From positions 22,509-86,508 of the forward strand of contig VBFI01000044.1 in assembly GCA_005889275.1 (NCBI GenBank): DNA of 64,000 bases, written 5' to 3'. Position numbers and translations under genes: made by a program. This DNA is from Chloroflexota bacterium. Its GTDB lineage: Bacteria > Chloroflexota > Limnocylindria > P2-11E. Positions 16,548 through 25,095 of the stretch are shown in pieces (the stretch's first letter is position 1; each line of letters starts with the position of its first letter). The notes under the pieces are model-generated. The model worked only from the letters and a program-made list of their open reading frames with translations, made no database searches and was not told the origin of the DNA.

Positions 16548-17598
16548 CCGCGCGTCGCGCACGAACGGACTCCGCGAGCGACCGCAGCATGACCGCCGTC
16601 GCGTCCCAGCCGATGCACGCGTCGGTGATGCTCTTCCCGTAGACCAGCGGATCGGTATCGGCGTCCTGGCGTCCGTCCTCGATGAAGCTCTCGGCCATCA
16701 CCCCGACGATCCCGCGCTCGCCGCTCGCGATCTGCGCGGCGACCTCACGCGCGACCTGCGCCTGCCTCGTGTGGTCGCGGCCGCTGTTGCCGTGCGAGAG
16801 GTCGATGACGACCCGGGCCGGCAGCTCCGCCGCGCGGAGCGCATCGAGGGCCCCGGCGACGCTCGGCCGATCGTAGTTCGGGCCAGGCGTGCCGCCACGC
16901 AGGACCACGTGCGCGCTCGGATTCCCGCCGGTCTCGACGATCGCGGCGAGGCCCTGCTCGGTCACACCCATGAAGCTGTGCGGCTGTGTCGCCGCGCGGA
17001 CGGCATCGATCGCGACCTGGACGTTCCCGTCGGTGCCGTTCTTGAACCCGACCGGCATCGAAAGGCCTGACGCCAGCTCGCGGTGCACCTGACTCTCCGT
17101 GGTACGCGCGCCGATGGCCGCCCACGCGACGAGGTCGCTCGTGTACTGGGGCGAGATCGGGTCGACGAACTCACACGCCGCGGGGACGCCGATCTCGACG
17201 AGATCGAGCAGCAGCCGCCGCGTCATCCGCAGCCCGTCGTTGATCCGGAAGGTCCCATCGCTGTGGGGATCCGAGACGAGGCCTTTCCATCCGACGCTCG
17301 TGCGTGGCTTCATGAAGTACGCGCGCATCACGATCATGAGATCGTCGCGGAGCTCGTCGCCGATGCCCCGCAGGCGGCGCGCGTAGTCGAGCGCCGCGAC
17401 CGGGTCGTGGATCGAGCACGGCCCGAAGATCGCGATGAGCCGATCGTCGGCATCGTCGAGGATGACGACGACCTCCTCGCGCCATCCCGCGACCGCGCGC
17501 GAGCCGTCCTCGGAGAGCGAGAGCTCCTCGAGGATGATCGCCGGCGGGACGAGCGGGCGGTACCCGGTGACCCGGAGGTCGCGTGTCCTCATCGGCAT
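16486..17598 (-). CDS. aroG: 3-deoxy-7-phosphoheptulonate (DAHP) synthase, class I
   Basis: IFGPCSIHDPVAALDYARRL...KPRTSVGWKGL...FKNGTDGN...GVMAESF matches AroG/F/H. ATG 17598 with GGAAG upstream. Confidence 0.9.
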   Translation of the reverse strand: MPMRTRDLRVTGYRPLVPPAIILEELSLSEDGSRAVAGWREEVVVILDDADDRLIAIFGPCSIHDPVAALDYARRLRGIGDELRDDLMIVMRAYFMKPRTSVGWKGLVSDPHSDGTFRINDGLRMTRRLLLDLVEIGVPAACEFVDPISPQYTSDLVAWAAIGARTTESQVHRELASGLSMPVGFKNGTDGNVQVAIDAVRAATQPHSFMGVTEQGLAAIVETGGNPSAHVVLRGGTPGPNYDRPSVAGALDALRAAELPARVVIDLSHGNSGRDHTRQAQVAREVAAQIASGERGIVGVMAESFIEDGRQDADTDPLVYGKSITDACIGWDATAVMLRSLAESVRARRAVTSGRSADSRNRAPSRSTPR

Positions 17599-17610
17599 AT
17601 TCTTCCTGAC

Positions 17611-18126
17611 GTGCCGCTCTACGGCTACCGCGGGAAAACGCCGAAGGTCGCGGCCGACGCGTTCATCGCTCCAACGGCGGTCCTGATCGGCGACGTGACC
17701 GTCGAGAGCGGCGCCTCCGTCTGGTTCGGCACGGTCCTCCGCGGCGACATGGATCGGATCGTGATCGGCGCGCGCTCCAACGTGCAGGACAACTCGACGA
17801 TCCACACGGACGAGGGCGAGCCCACGCTTGTCGGCCCAGATGTGACGATCGGCCACAACGCCCTCGTGCACTCGAGCGTCATCGCCCGGAACGTGCTCAT
17901 CGGGCAGGCCGCGGTCCTCGTGGGGGGCAACGTCATCGGCGAGGAGACGATCGTCGGCGCGGGCGCGGTGCTCCCCGAGAAGTTCTCGCCCCCCGCGCGA
18001 TCGCTCGTCCTCGGGGTGCCGGCGAAGGTCGTCCGCGAGACGCGGCCGGACGACGCCCGCTGGACCGTGCGAGCCGCGGAGCACTACACCGACCTCGGGC
18101 GCTGGTACCGCGAGAACTTGCGATAG
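17611..18126 (+). CDS. gamma-carbonic anhydrase family (hexapeptide-repeat, PaaY/CaiE/YrdA-like) protein
   Basis: MPLYGYRGKTPKVAADAFIAPTAVLIGDVTVESGASVWFGTVLRGD...TIHTDEG...IGHNALVHS. GTG 17611 lies 12 nt from the divergent aroG start. Confidence 0.85.
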   Translation: MPLYGYRGKTPKVAADAFIAPTAVLIGDVTVESGASVWFGTVLRGDMDRIVIGARSNVQDNSTIHTDEGEPTLVGPDVTIGHNALVHSSVIARNVLIGQAAVLVGGNVIGEETIVGAGAVLPEKFSPPARSLVLGVPAKVVRETRPDDARWTVRAAEHYTDLGRWYRENLR

Positions 18127-18257
18127 CGACCCTCCGGCTCACCGGCCACGACCTTTCGATCGCCGACGTCGTCGCGGTCGCGCGCGAGGACATCGCGGTC
18201 GGTCTCGACCGCGCCGCGGAGCGCTCGGTCCAACAGGCGGCCAAGGTCGTCTCGCAG

Positions 18258-19490
18258 ATGGCCGGCGGGGACGAGCCGGTGTACGGCGTGAACACCGGGT
18301 TCGGCGACCTTTCCACCGTGCGGATCCCGCACGACGAGCTCCGCGCGCTTCAACGCAACCTCGTCCGCAGCCACGCCGTCGGCGTCGGCCCGGGCGACCT
18401 CGCGCCGCTCGCGCACGCCGCGCTCGTGCTTATCGGCGAAGGCGAGACCATCGAGGGGACGAAGCGGCGCGCCGGCGGAGAGGCTCTCCGTGCCGCGGGC
18501 CTCAAGCCCCTCGAGCTCGCGCCGAAGGAGGGTGTGTCGCTCATCAACGGCACGCAGGTGATGACCGCCATCGGGTGCCTGGCGCTCCACGACGCGGAGG
18601 TCCTCGCGACGACGGCCGACGTCGTCGGCGCGATGTCCGCCGAGGCCCTGCGCGGGACCGACCGCGCGTGGGACGAGGAGCTGCACGCGAGCCGGCCGCA
18701 TCCCGGACAGCAGACCGTCGCCGGCAACCTGCGCGCGCTCATGGCCGGCAGCCCGAACGTCGCCTCGCACCGCGTCGGAGACCCGCGCGTCCAGGACCCG
18801 TACTCGGTGCGCTGCATGCCGCAGGTGCATGGCGCGACGCGCGACGCGCTCGGCTACACCCGGCGCGTCCTCGAGGTCGAGATCAACGCGATCACCGACA
18901 ACCCGATCGTGTTCGCGGAAGACCACCGGATCGTGAGCGGCGGCAACTTCCACGGGCAGCCGGTCGCCATCGCCCTCGACCTCGCGACGATCGCCGTGGC
19001 CGAGCTCGCCGACATCAGCGAGGCGCGGATCGATCGCATGACGAACGGCCACACGAGCGGGCTGCCGGCTTTCCTCTCGCCATCGCCGGGCACGAACTCA
19101 GGCTTCATGGTCGCGCAGTACACGGCGGCGGCCCTCGTCACCGAGAACCGGATGCGCTCGTTCCCCGCGTCGGTCGAGTCGCTGCCGACGTCGGCCGGCA
19201 TGGAGGACCATGTGAGCATGGGCGTCCACGCCGCGCACAAGCTCGCCGAGGTCGTCCGCAACACCCGCGACGTGCTCGCGATCGAGGCGCTCTGCGCAAC
19301 GCAGGGCCTCGACCTCCTCGAGACGACGACGGCGCCGGCCGTCGAGGAGGCGCGCCGGGTGGTTCGCGAGCGCTCAGGGCGGCTCGAGGCCGACCGCTCC
19401 CTCGCCGGCGACATCGCGAACATGTCGGACGCGATCGCGCGTGAGGTGTTCATCGCCGCCGTGCGCGTGCGCCTCCCGGAGCTCGCCTGA
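18258..19490 (+). CDS. hutH: histidine/aromatic ammonia-lyase family protein (HutH-like), lacking the MIO-forming Ala-Ser-Gly segment; possibly non-functional
   Basis: Strong HAL homology: YGVNTGFG, LQRNLVRSHA, GDLAPLAHAALVLIGEG, NGTQ, DPYS.RC.PQV, SGGNFHG. However, AVGVGP is joined directly to GDLAPL, so about 47 residues including the ASG triad are missing in frame. Conserved N-terminal homology continues upstream to about 18123 with no ATG/GTG/TTG. Confidence 0.6.
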   Translation: MAGGDEPVYGVNTGFGDLSTVRIPHDELRALQRNLVRSHAVGVGPGDLAPLAHAALVLIGEGETIEGTKRRAGGEALRAAGLKPLELAPKEGVSLINGTQVMTAIGCLALHDAEVLATTADVVGAMSAEALRGTDRAWDEELHASRPHPGQQTVAGNLRALMAGSPNVASHRVGDPRVQDPYSVRCMPQVHGATRDALGYTRRVLEVEINAITDNPIVFAEDHRIVSGGNFHGQPVAIALDLATIAVAELADISEARIDRMTNGHTSGLPAFLSPSPGTNSGFMVAQYTAAALVTENRMRSFPASVESLPTSAGMEDHVSMGVHAAHKLAEVVRNTRDVLAIEALCATQGLDLLETTTAPAVEEARRVVRERSGRLEADRSLAGDIANMSDAIAREVFIAAVRVRLPELA

Positions 19491-19491
19491 G

Positions 19492-19953
19492 GTGAAGCGC
19501 ACGCTCACGGTGAATGGCGCCGGCCGCGAGGTCGATGTCGCGCCGAGCGTCTCGCTTCTCTCGGCGCTACGGGACGACCTGGGCTTGACCGCGACGCGCT
19601 ACGGCTGCGGCCGCGGGCAGTGCGGCGCCTGCTACGTGATCGCCGACGGGCGGGCCGTGGCCTCGTGCCTGCTCACCGTCGACCAGGCGGCGCGGATGGA
19701 GATCACGACCGTGGAGGGCCTGGCGACGGACGGGACGCTCAGCCCGGTGCAGCAGGCGTTCGCCGACCTCGACGCGATGCAGTGCGGGTACTGCACGAGC
19801 GGCATGCTCATCTCCGCGACCGCCCTTCTCGACCGCGACCCGGAGCCCGACGAGGCGGAGGTGCGCGACGCGCTCGCCGGCAATCTGTGCCGCTGCGGCG
19901 TCTACGGCCGTGCGATCCGCGCCGTGCTCACGGCGGCGGAGGCGCTTCGTTGA
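19492..19953 (+). CDS. (2Fe-2S)-binding small subunit of a xanthine-dehydrogenase-family molybdoenzyme
   Basis: CGRGQCGAC...CQCGYCTSGM...CRCGVY motifs. GTG 19492. Confidence 0.85.
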   Translation: MKRTLTVNGAGREVDVAPSVSLLSALRDDLGLTATRYGCGRGQCGACYVIADGRAVASCLLTVDQAARMEITTVEGLATDGTLSPVQQAFADLDAMQCGYCTSGMLISATALLDRDPEPDEAEVRDALAGNLCRCGVYGRAIRAVLTAAEALR

Positions 19954-21941
19954 GCGGCTGGGGCGAGGAGCGCCGCGAGGACCTCGCGCAGCGCATCCGC
20001 GTGGAGCCCGACGGCACGGTCGTCGCCCTCTCCGGCAAGATCGACTTCGGACAGGGGATCCGCACCGCGTTCGCGCAGATCGTGGCCGACGAGATCGACG
20101 TGCCCATCGAGCACGTGCGCGTGGTCCTGGGCGACACCGCCGAGACGCCGTTCGATTTCGGCACGTTCGGCAGTCACTCGGTGGCGCAGGAGGCGCCGCT
20201 GCTGCGGAAGGCGGCGGCGTTCGCGCGGCGTCAGCTCATCGAGCGCGCCGCTCGCAGGCTCGCGCTCGGCGCCGAGCGCCTCGACACGGAAGCCGGCGCG
20301 GTCGTCGGCGGAGGCCGGCGCATCGCCTACGGCGAACTCGTCGACGGCAGGCACCTCGCGGGTCCCATCCCCGACGAGGTCCCGCTCATGCCGCCGGCGC
20401 GCCGCCGCTACAGCGGTCAGCCGATGCCGCGGCTCGAGGCGCGCGACATCGTGACGGGACGAGCGACCTACGTCGCCGACCTCCGTCTCGACGGAATGCT
20501 CCGCGGTGCGATCGCCCGCCCGCCGTCGCGCGGCGCGAAGGTCCGTTCGGTCGACGACGCGAGCGCGCGGAAGCTCCCGGGCGTCGTCGCCGTCGTCCGG
20601 GATGGGGACGTGGTCGGGGTCGTCGCCGAGCGCGACGAGCAAGCGCGCGCGGCGGCCGCGGCCCTCGAGATCGACTGGGAGATCACGCCGCTCGAAGGCC
20701 CGAGCGCCGAGGTGCCGATGCGCCAGGATCCCGGCGTCGACGCGGCGCTCGCGAAGGCCGCGAAGCAGGTTGAGCGAACCTACGTCCTGCCACCGATCGC
20801 GAACGCCCCGATCGGACCGAGCGCGGCCGTCGCCGACGTCCGCGCCGACGGCGCCACGGTGTACGTGGGTACCCATCGCCCGTTCGGGATCCGCGAGCAG
20901 GTCGCGAAGACGATCGGCCTGGAGACCGCGAGCGTACGCGTCGTCCCGCTGATCACGAGCGGCACCTACGGTCGCAACACCCTGGGCGACGCGACGCTCG
21001 AGGCCGCGATCCTCAGCAAGGGAGCGCGGCGCCCGGTCCTCCTGCAGTGGACGCGCGAGGAGGAGTTCGCGTGGTCGCCGTCCCGGCCCGAGGCGGTGCT
21101 CGAGGTGAGCGCGGGACTCGACGACGGCGGTCGCATCCTCGCGTGGCGCTACGAGGAGCACACGAACGTCCACACCGCCGCCGGGCTCGAGCCTCGCGTC
21201 CTCGGCATGACCTCCGGCCGGAACGCGATCCCGCCTTACGCGATCCCGAGCGCGTCCGTCGTGCTGCGCATCGAGCCGACGCGACTGCGCACGGCGAACT
21301 TTCGCTCGCTCGCGGCGTCGGAGAACGTCTTCGCGATCGAATCGTTCATGGACGAGCTCGCGAGCGAGACGAAGCAGGACCCGCTCGCCTTCCGCCTCCG
21401 CCACATCGCCGATCCGCGCCTGCGGCGGGTCGTGGAGCGGGTCGCCGAGCGGAGCGGCTTCGGCGAAGGGCCGGGCGAGCGTCGCGGCCGTGGGATCGCG
21501 TGCACGATCTATCACGACACGTACGTCGCGCAGGTGGCCGAGGTCGAGGTCTCGCCCGCTGGCGCCGTGCGCCTGGTTCGCGTCTGGTGTGTCGTCGATC
21601 CGGGCGAGGTGCTCAACCCCGATGGCGTGCGCAATCAGGTCGAAGGCGGGATCCAGCAGTCGGCGTCGTGGACGCTCCTCGAGGAGCTGCACCACCGTGA
21701 CGGCCGCGTGGTGACCACCGGGTGGGACGCCTACCCGATCGCCACGTTCCGCGATGCGCCGGAGTCGATCGACGTCCTGGTCGAGGGGGACCCCGCTGCG
21801 CCGCCCACCGGCGTCGGCGAGCCCGGCGCGGTGCCGATCGCCGCCGCGATCGCGAACGCGGTCTACGCCGCGTGCGGGGCGCGCGTCCGGGAGCTGCCGA
21901 TCACCCGCGACCGGGTGCGGAAGGCGATCGCCGGCCGCTAA
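19950..21941 (+). CDS. molybdopterin-binding large subunit (aldehyde oxidase/xanthine dehydrogenase family, IorB-like)
   Basis: KIDFGQGIRTAFAQIVADEIDVPIEHVRVVLGDTAETPFD... The TTG start at 19950 overlaps the small-subunit stop (TTGA). No FAD-binding medium subunit nearby. Confidence 0.8.
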   Translation: MSGWGEERREDLAQRIRVEPDGTVVALSGKIDFGQGIRTAFAQIVADEIDVPIEHVRVVLGDTAETPFDFGTFGSHSVAQEAPLLRKAAAFARRQLIERAARRLALGAERLDTEAGAVVGGGRRIAYGELVDGRHLAGPIPDEVPLMPPARRRYSGQPMPRLEARDIVTGRATYVADLRLDGMLRGAIARPPSRGAKVRSVDDASARKLPGVVAVVRDGDVVGVVAERDEQARAAAAALEIDWEITPLEGPSAEVPMRQDPGVDAALAKAAKQVERTYVLPPIANAPIGPSAAVADVRADGATVYVGTHRPFGIREQVAKTIGLETASVRVVPLITSGTYGRNTLGDATLEAAILSKGARRPVLLQWTREEEFAWSPSRPEAVLEVSAGLDDGGRILAWRYEEHTNVHTAAGLEPRVLGMTSGRNAIPPYAIPSASVVLRIEPTRLRTANFRSLAASENVFAIESFMDELASETKQDPLAFRLRHIADPRLRRVVERVAERSGFGEGPGERRGRGIACTIYHDTYVAQVAEVEVSPAGAVRLVRVWCVVDPGEVLNPDGVRNQVEGGIQQSASWTLLEELHHRDGRVVTTGWDAYPIATFRDAPESIDVLVEGDPAAPPTGVGEPGAVPIAAAIANAVYAACGARVRELPITRDRVRKAIAGR

Positions 21942-22801
21942 CGCTCCGGGCGGACGGTCTTCGGAGGCAGCTGCGGCGCGGGCCCGTACGGCACCGGGAT
22001 GAACTCGACTCCCGGACGCCGCTGCGTCGCCTGTGGGAAGAGATCCATGACGTCGTAGATCTCGCGCGGCATGTCCTCGCGCACGTCGATGCCGAGCGTG
22101 CGCAGCTCCTCGACGCCGAGCGCGTAGTCGTGCGTCCACTCGCCCGTCGCGAGCTTCGTCGCGATCCGCTCGGCGTCGGGCTCGCTGTGGTGCTCGAGCA
22201 GGAGCATCTTCACGGTCGCTTTCACCTGGCGGAGCGCCTTCTCGGCGAGGTCGCCGAGGATCAGGGTCTGGTCCTCGCGATTCGGATTTGGCTGCGCGAG
22301 GGCCTTCATGATCGACGCCGCCGAGAACGAAGCCTGCGGCGTGCCGAGCTGCGGATCGACCGGACCGAGGACGGCGTTCGCGTCCATGACGATCTCGTCC
22401 GCGGAGAGGGCGACGAGCGCGCCCCCGGACATCGCGTAGTGAGGCACGAAGACGGTGACCTTGCCCTTGTGCCGTTTCAGCGCGAACGCGATCTGCTCGG
22501 CCGCGAGCACGAGCCCGCCGGGGGTATGCAGAAGGAGATCGATGCCGAGGTCGGGCGGCGTGAGCCGGATCGCGCGCAGGACCTGCTCGGAGTCTTCGAT
22601 GTCGATGTAGCGGGCGATCGGGAAGCCGAGGAAGCTCATCGTCTCCTGTCGATGGATCATCGAGATGAAACGGGTTCCCCGCTTGTGTTCGAGATCGGTG
22701 AACTTGCGGTTGCGGCGCAGCTCGAGCATCTGCTTCTGGTACAGCGGGATGAAGAACTGGCCAAGGATGAAAAGCCAGAAGAGCCAGGAGATGTCGAACA
22801 C
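21938..22801 (-). CDS. serine dehydrogenase proteinase (SDH/ClpP-class, S49-like) family membrane protein
   Basis: FWLFILGQFFIPL...ISMIHRQETMSFLGFPIARYIDIEDSEQVLRAI...HTPGG...MSGGALVA matches Pfam SDH_sah. GTG 22801 with AAGGAG upstream. The rest of the tracked 557-aa ORF is junk. Confidence 0.7.
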   Translation of the reverse strand: MFDISWLFWLFILGQFFIPLYQKQMLELRRNRKFTDLEHKRGTRFISMIHRQETMSFLGFPIARYIDIEDSEQVLRAIRLTPPDLGIDLLLHTPGGLVLAAEQIAFALKRHKGKVTVFVPHYAMSGGALVALSADEIVMDANAVLGPVDPQLGTPQASFSAASIMKALAQPNPNREDQTLILGDLAEKALRQVKATVKMLLLEHHSEPDAERIATKLATGEWTHDYALGVEELRTLGIDVREDMPREIYDVMDLFPQATQRRPGVEFIPVPYGPAPQLPPKTVRPER

Positions 22802-22846
22802 CGCCGTACAGGATGCTCCTTTCGCTGGTCCGTATCGTTCAGGGCG

Positions 22847-23587
22847 GTGGTCGCGCCCCGAGCCGTCATCTTCGATCTCGGCGGGACGCTCGTGCACTGG
22901 TCCGACTGGGACACCGGCGCCGACCAGAAGTGGGCAGCCTCGTACGATCAGCTCGTCACCCAGTTCGCCGACCGCCGCTGGCCGTCGCGCGAGGCGTACG
23001 TCATGGCGATGCGCGAGGCCGAGCGCGAGCACTGGCGTCGCGTCGATACCGAGCACTGGAGCGGCCCGCCGACCGGCCTCGTCCGGGTCGGCTTCGATCG
23101 CCTGGGCGTCCCCGTCAGCGGCGCCGAGCTCCTCGGCGCGATGGACGGCTACGCGAAAGCGATCGCGGGATGGTCGACCGTCGATCCGGACGCGATGCCG
23201 ACGCTCGCGCTCCTGCGCGAGCGCGGCTACCGGCTCGGGCTCCTGTCGAACACGTGGTGGGCGGCCGACTGGCACAACGCGGACCTCGCGACGCATGGGC
23301 TCGCCGGCCTCATCGACGTCATCGTGTACACGTCGGATCTCCCGCATTCGAAGCCGCATCGCAGCGTGTTCCACGAGGTCGCGCAGCGGCTCGACGTCAC
23401 GCCCGAGGAGTGCGTGATGATCGGCGACCGCATGGTCGACGACGTGTCCGGAGCGCTCGCGGTCGGCATGCGCGGCGTCTGGCGCAAGAACGCGTCCGGT
23501 TTCCCGTCGTCGATCGCGGTGCCGACCGCTGAGGTCGAACGTCTCTCGGAGCTGCCCGCGCTTCTGCAGAAGTGGGGAGGGGCGTAG
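22847..23587 (+). CDS. HAD-superfamily hydrolase
   Basis: VIFDLGGTLV (motif I), LLSNT (motif II), GDRMVDDV (motif IV). GTG 22847. Confidence 0.75.
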   Translation: MVAPRAVIFDLGGTLVHWSDWDTGADQKWAASYDQLVTQFADRRWPSREAYVMAMREAEREHWRRVDTEHWSGPPTGLVRVGFDRLGVPVSGAELLGAMDGYAKAIAGWSTVDPDAMPTLALLRERGYRLGLLSNTWWAADWHNADLATHGLAGLIDVIVYTSDLPHSKPHRSVFHEVAQRLDVTPEECVMIGDRMVDDVSGALAVGMRGVWRKNASGFPSSIAVPTAEVERLSELPALLQKWGGA

Positions 23588-24105
23588 TGGACGTGCGCCG
23601 ACGCTGCGCATGGGCTTCGCGAGAGCCGCTTCGCTCGTATCACGATCGCGAGTGGGGAACGCCGCAGCACGCCGATCGACCGCTCTTCGAGTTTCTCGTG
23701 CTCGAGGGCATGCAGGCCGGCCTCTCGTGGGAGACGGTCCTTCGCAAGCGGGCGGCGTTCCGCCGCGCCTTCGCGAGGTTCGCTCCGGCCAAGGTCGCGT
23801 CGTTCGGTTCCCGCGACGTGACCCGCCTCCTGAAGGACACGGGCATCATCCGCAACCGGGCGAAGATCGAGGCCGCCGTCGCCAACGCGAGGGCGTTCCT
23901 CACGGTCCAGAGGGAGTTCGGAACGTTCGACGCCTACGTCTGGCGGTTCACCGACAAGGACAAGCTCTCAAAGGAGCTACGCGCGCGTGGCTTCCGCTTC
24001 GTCGGCCCGACCATCGTCGAATCGTTCATGCAGGCGGTCGGCATCCGCAACGACCACGAGCGCGGCTGCTACCGCTGGTCGGAGCTGCGCGCCCTCGCGC
24101 GGTAG
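23587..24105 (+). CDS. tag: DNA-3-methyladenine glycosylase I
   Basis: RCAWASREPLRSYHDREWGTPQHADRPLFEFLVLEGMQAGLSWETVLRKR matches Tag. GTG 23587 with GGGAGGGG upstream, overlapping the HAD stop. Confidence 0.9.
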   Translation: MDVRRRCAWASREPLRSYHDREWGTPQHADRPLFEFLVLEGMQAGLSWETVLRKRAAFRRAFARFAPAKVASFGSRDVTRLLKDTGIIRNRAKIEAAVANARAFLTVQREFGTFDAYVWRFTDKDKLSKELRARGFRFVGPTIVESFMQAVGIRNDHERGCYRWSELRALAR

Positions 24106-24107
24106 GC

Positions 24108-24147
24108 CGGGGGAGCTGCTGACGCGATCGCCGCGGCGTCAGCCCCC
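24108..24147. terminator. GC-rich hairpin between the convergent tag and hypothetical genes
   Basis: GGGGG-AGCT-GCTGACGC gatcgccgcg GCGTCAGC-CCCC. An 8-bp perfect stem is extended by G/C pairs. No U-tract follows. Confidence 0.3.
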
Positions 24148-24214
24148 GAGAGCGGTGAGTCGGACGATCGGAATCTGGCGACACATCGCCTCCCCGCGCG
24201 CCAGCTGCCGGCGC

Positions 24215-24691
24215 TCACGCCGCCACGGCTTCGGCCGGCCCATCGCGCAGCGGGCGCAGCCCGCGGCAGGAGATTCCGCTCGTCACCATGTGGAACAGCT
24301 CCTCGGCCGCCCAGCCGATGTCGTCGAACAAGATGCCCTCGTAGTGGTGGTCCGCGGCGCCGGGCGGCGTCTCGCAGTGACGGTGCGGCACGTCGTCATG
24401 CCAGTGGTACGCGAAACGACCACTCGGACGCGGCGCAAGGTGCAGGTCGTAGAGGTAGGCGTACCGCTCGGGGTCGGGATCCCACAGGTGCTTCTCGATG
24501 AACACCAGCGTCGCGATCTGCGGCAAACCCCATCCCGGGATGTCGACGCGCACCAAGAGTTTCGTGGTGTCGCCGTTCGGACCGTTGGTCGTGCCGTAGG
24601 AGACCTGGCCGTACCGACCCGTGAATGCCTTCACGATCTCCTCGAGGCGCTGGTGGTATTCCTGGGCCATCAGACGTTGGCCGGATCTCAC
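24215..24691 (-). CDS. hypothetical protein (His-rich HWHDD..HRH motifs)
   Basis: 158 aa with no recognised family. The GTG start overlaps the upstream HTH gene stop (GTGA), so the two form a two-gene cassette. Alternative ATG at 24670. Confidence 0.5.
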   Translation of the reverse strand: MRSGQRLMAQEYHQRLEEIVKAFTGRYGQVSYGTTNGPNGDTTKLLVRVDIPGWGLPQIATLVFIEKHLWDPDPERYAYLYDLHLAPRPSGRFAYHWHDDVPHRHCETPPGAADHHYEGILFDDIGWAAEELFHMVTSGISCRGLRPLRDGPAEAVAA

Positions 24692-24978
24692 CGAGCGACG
24701 ACGGGCCGTCGCTTCCGCCGGTCCTCGTCGATCGCGAGGTCCGAGCCGTCAATCGTGATGCGCCTCGGCTTGGCCGCTTCCGGGTTGAGCCGGCTCACCA
24801 CGGCGGCGAGCGGGATGCGGTAGGTCTTCGGACCGAGCTTCACGGCGTAGAGCTCTTTCCGGTGGATCCAGTCCATCACCGTGGAGGGATCCACCTCGAT
24901 GAGCGTCGCCAGCTCGGTCGGCGTGTAGAACGGCTTTGGCTCGAACCCCAGTACCGCGCCCGCCTCCATATCCGGCAT
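24688..24978 (-). CDS. excisionase/MerR-like helix-turn-helix (HTH_17) DNA-binding protein
   Basis: FYTPTELATLIEVDPSTVMDWIHRKELYAVKLGPKTYRIPLAAV. ATG at 24978 or 24969, with GGAGG adjacent. Confidence 0.65.
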   Translation of the reverse strand: MPDMEAGAVLGFEPKPFYTPTELATLIEVDPSTVMDWIHRKELYAVKLGPKTYRIPLAAVVSRLNPEAAKPRRITIDGSDLAIDEDRRKRRPVVAR

Positions 24979-24990
24979 ATCCTCCAAAAC

Positions 24991-25017
24991 TGTATATGGC
25001 GTATTTGGCGTTGTCAA
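24991..25017 (-). promoter_or_regulatory. sigma-70-like promoter (TTGACA-N15-TATACA) for the HTH/hypothetical cassette
   Basis: On the minus strand: TTGACA acgccaaatacgcca TATACA gtttt GGAGG at ATG. It sits in a locally AT-rich patch at about 24985-25050. Confidence 0.4.
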
Positions 25018-25095
25018 GCCACCGCATCCCAACACTCGATCTGGACCTGCTTCGACGAGCCAAGCCGACCACGGAGCGCGCCTCTGGCAGGTCGG

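Noticed and set aside
19902-22139. 745-aa minus-strand ORF antisense to the molybdopterin subunit
   Set aside because: Same artefact class. The sense-strand product has end-to-end xanthine-dehydrogenase-family homology.
22802-23611. Upstream 270 aa of the tracked 557-aa ORF (21938..23611)
   Set aside because: The SDH-protease homology begins at GTG 22801, which has an AAGGAG Shine-Dalgarno. The upstream part overlaps the HAD and tag genes on the other strand and has junk composition.
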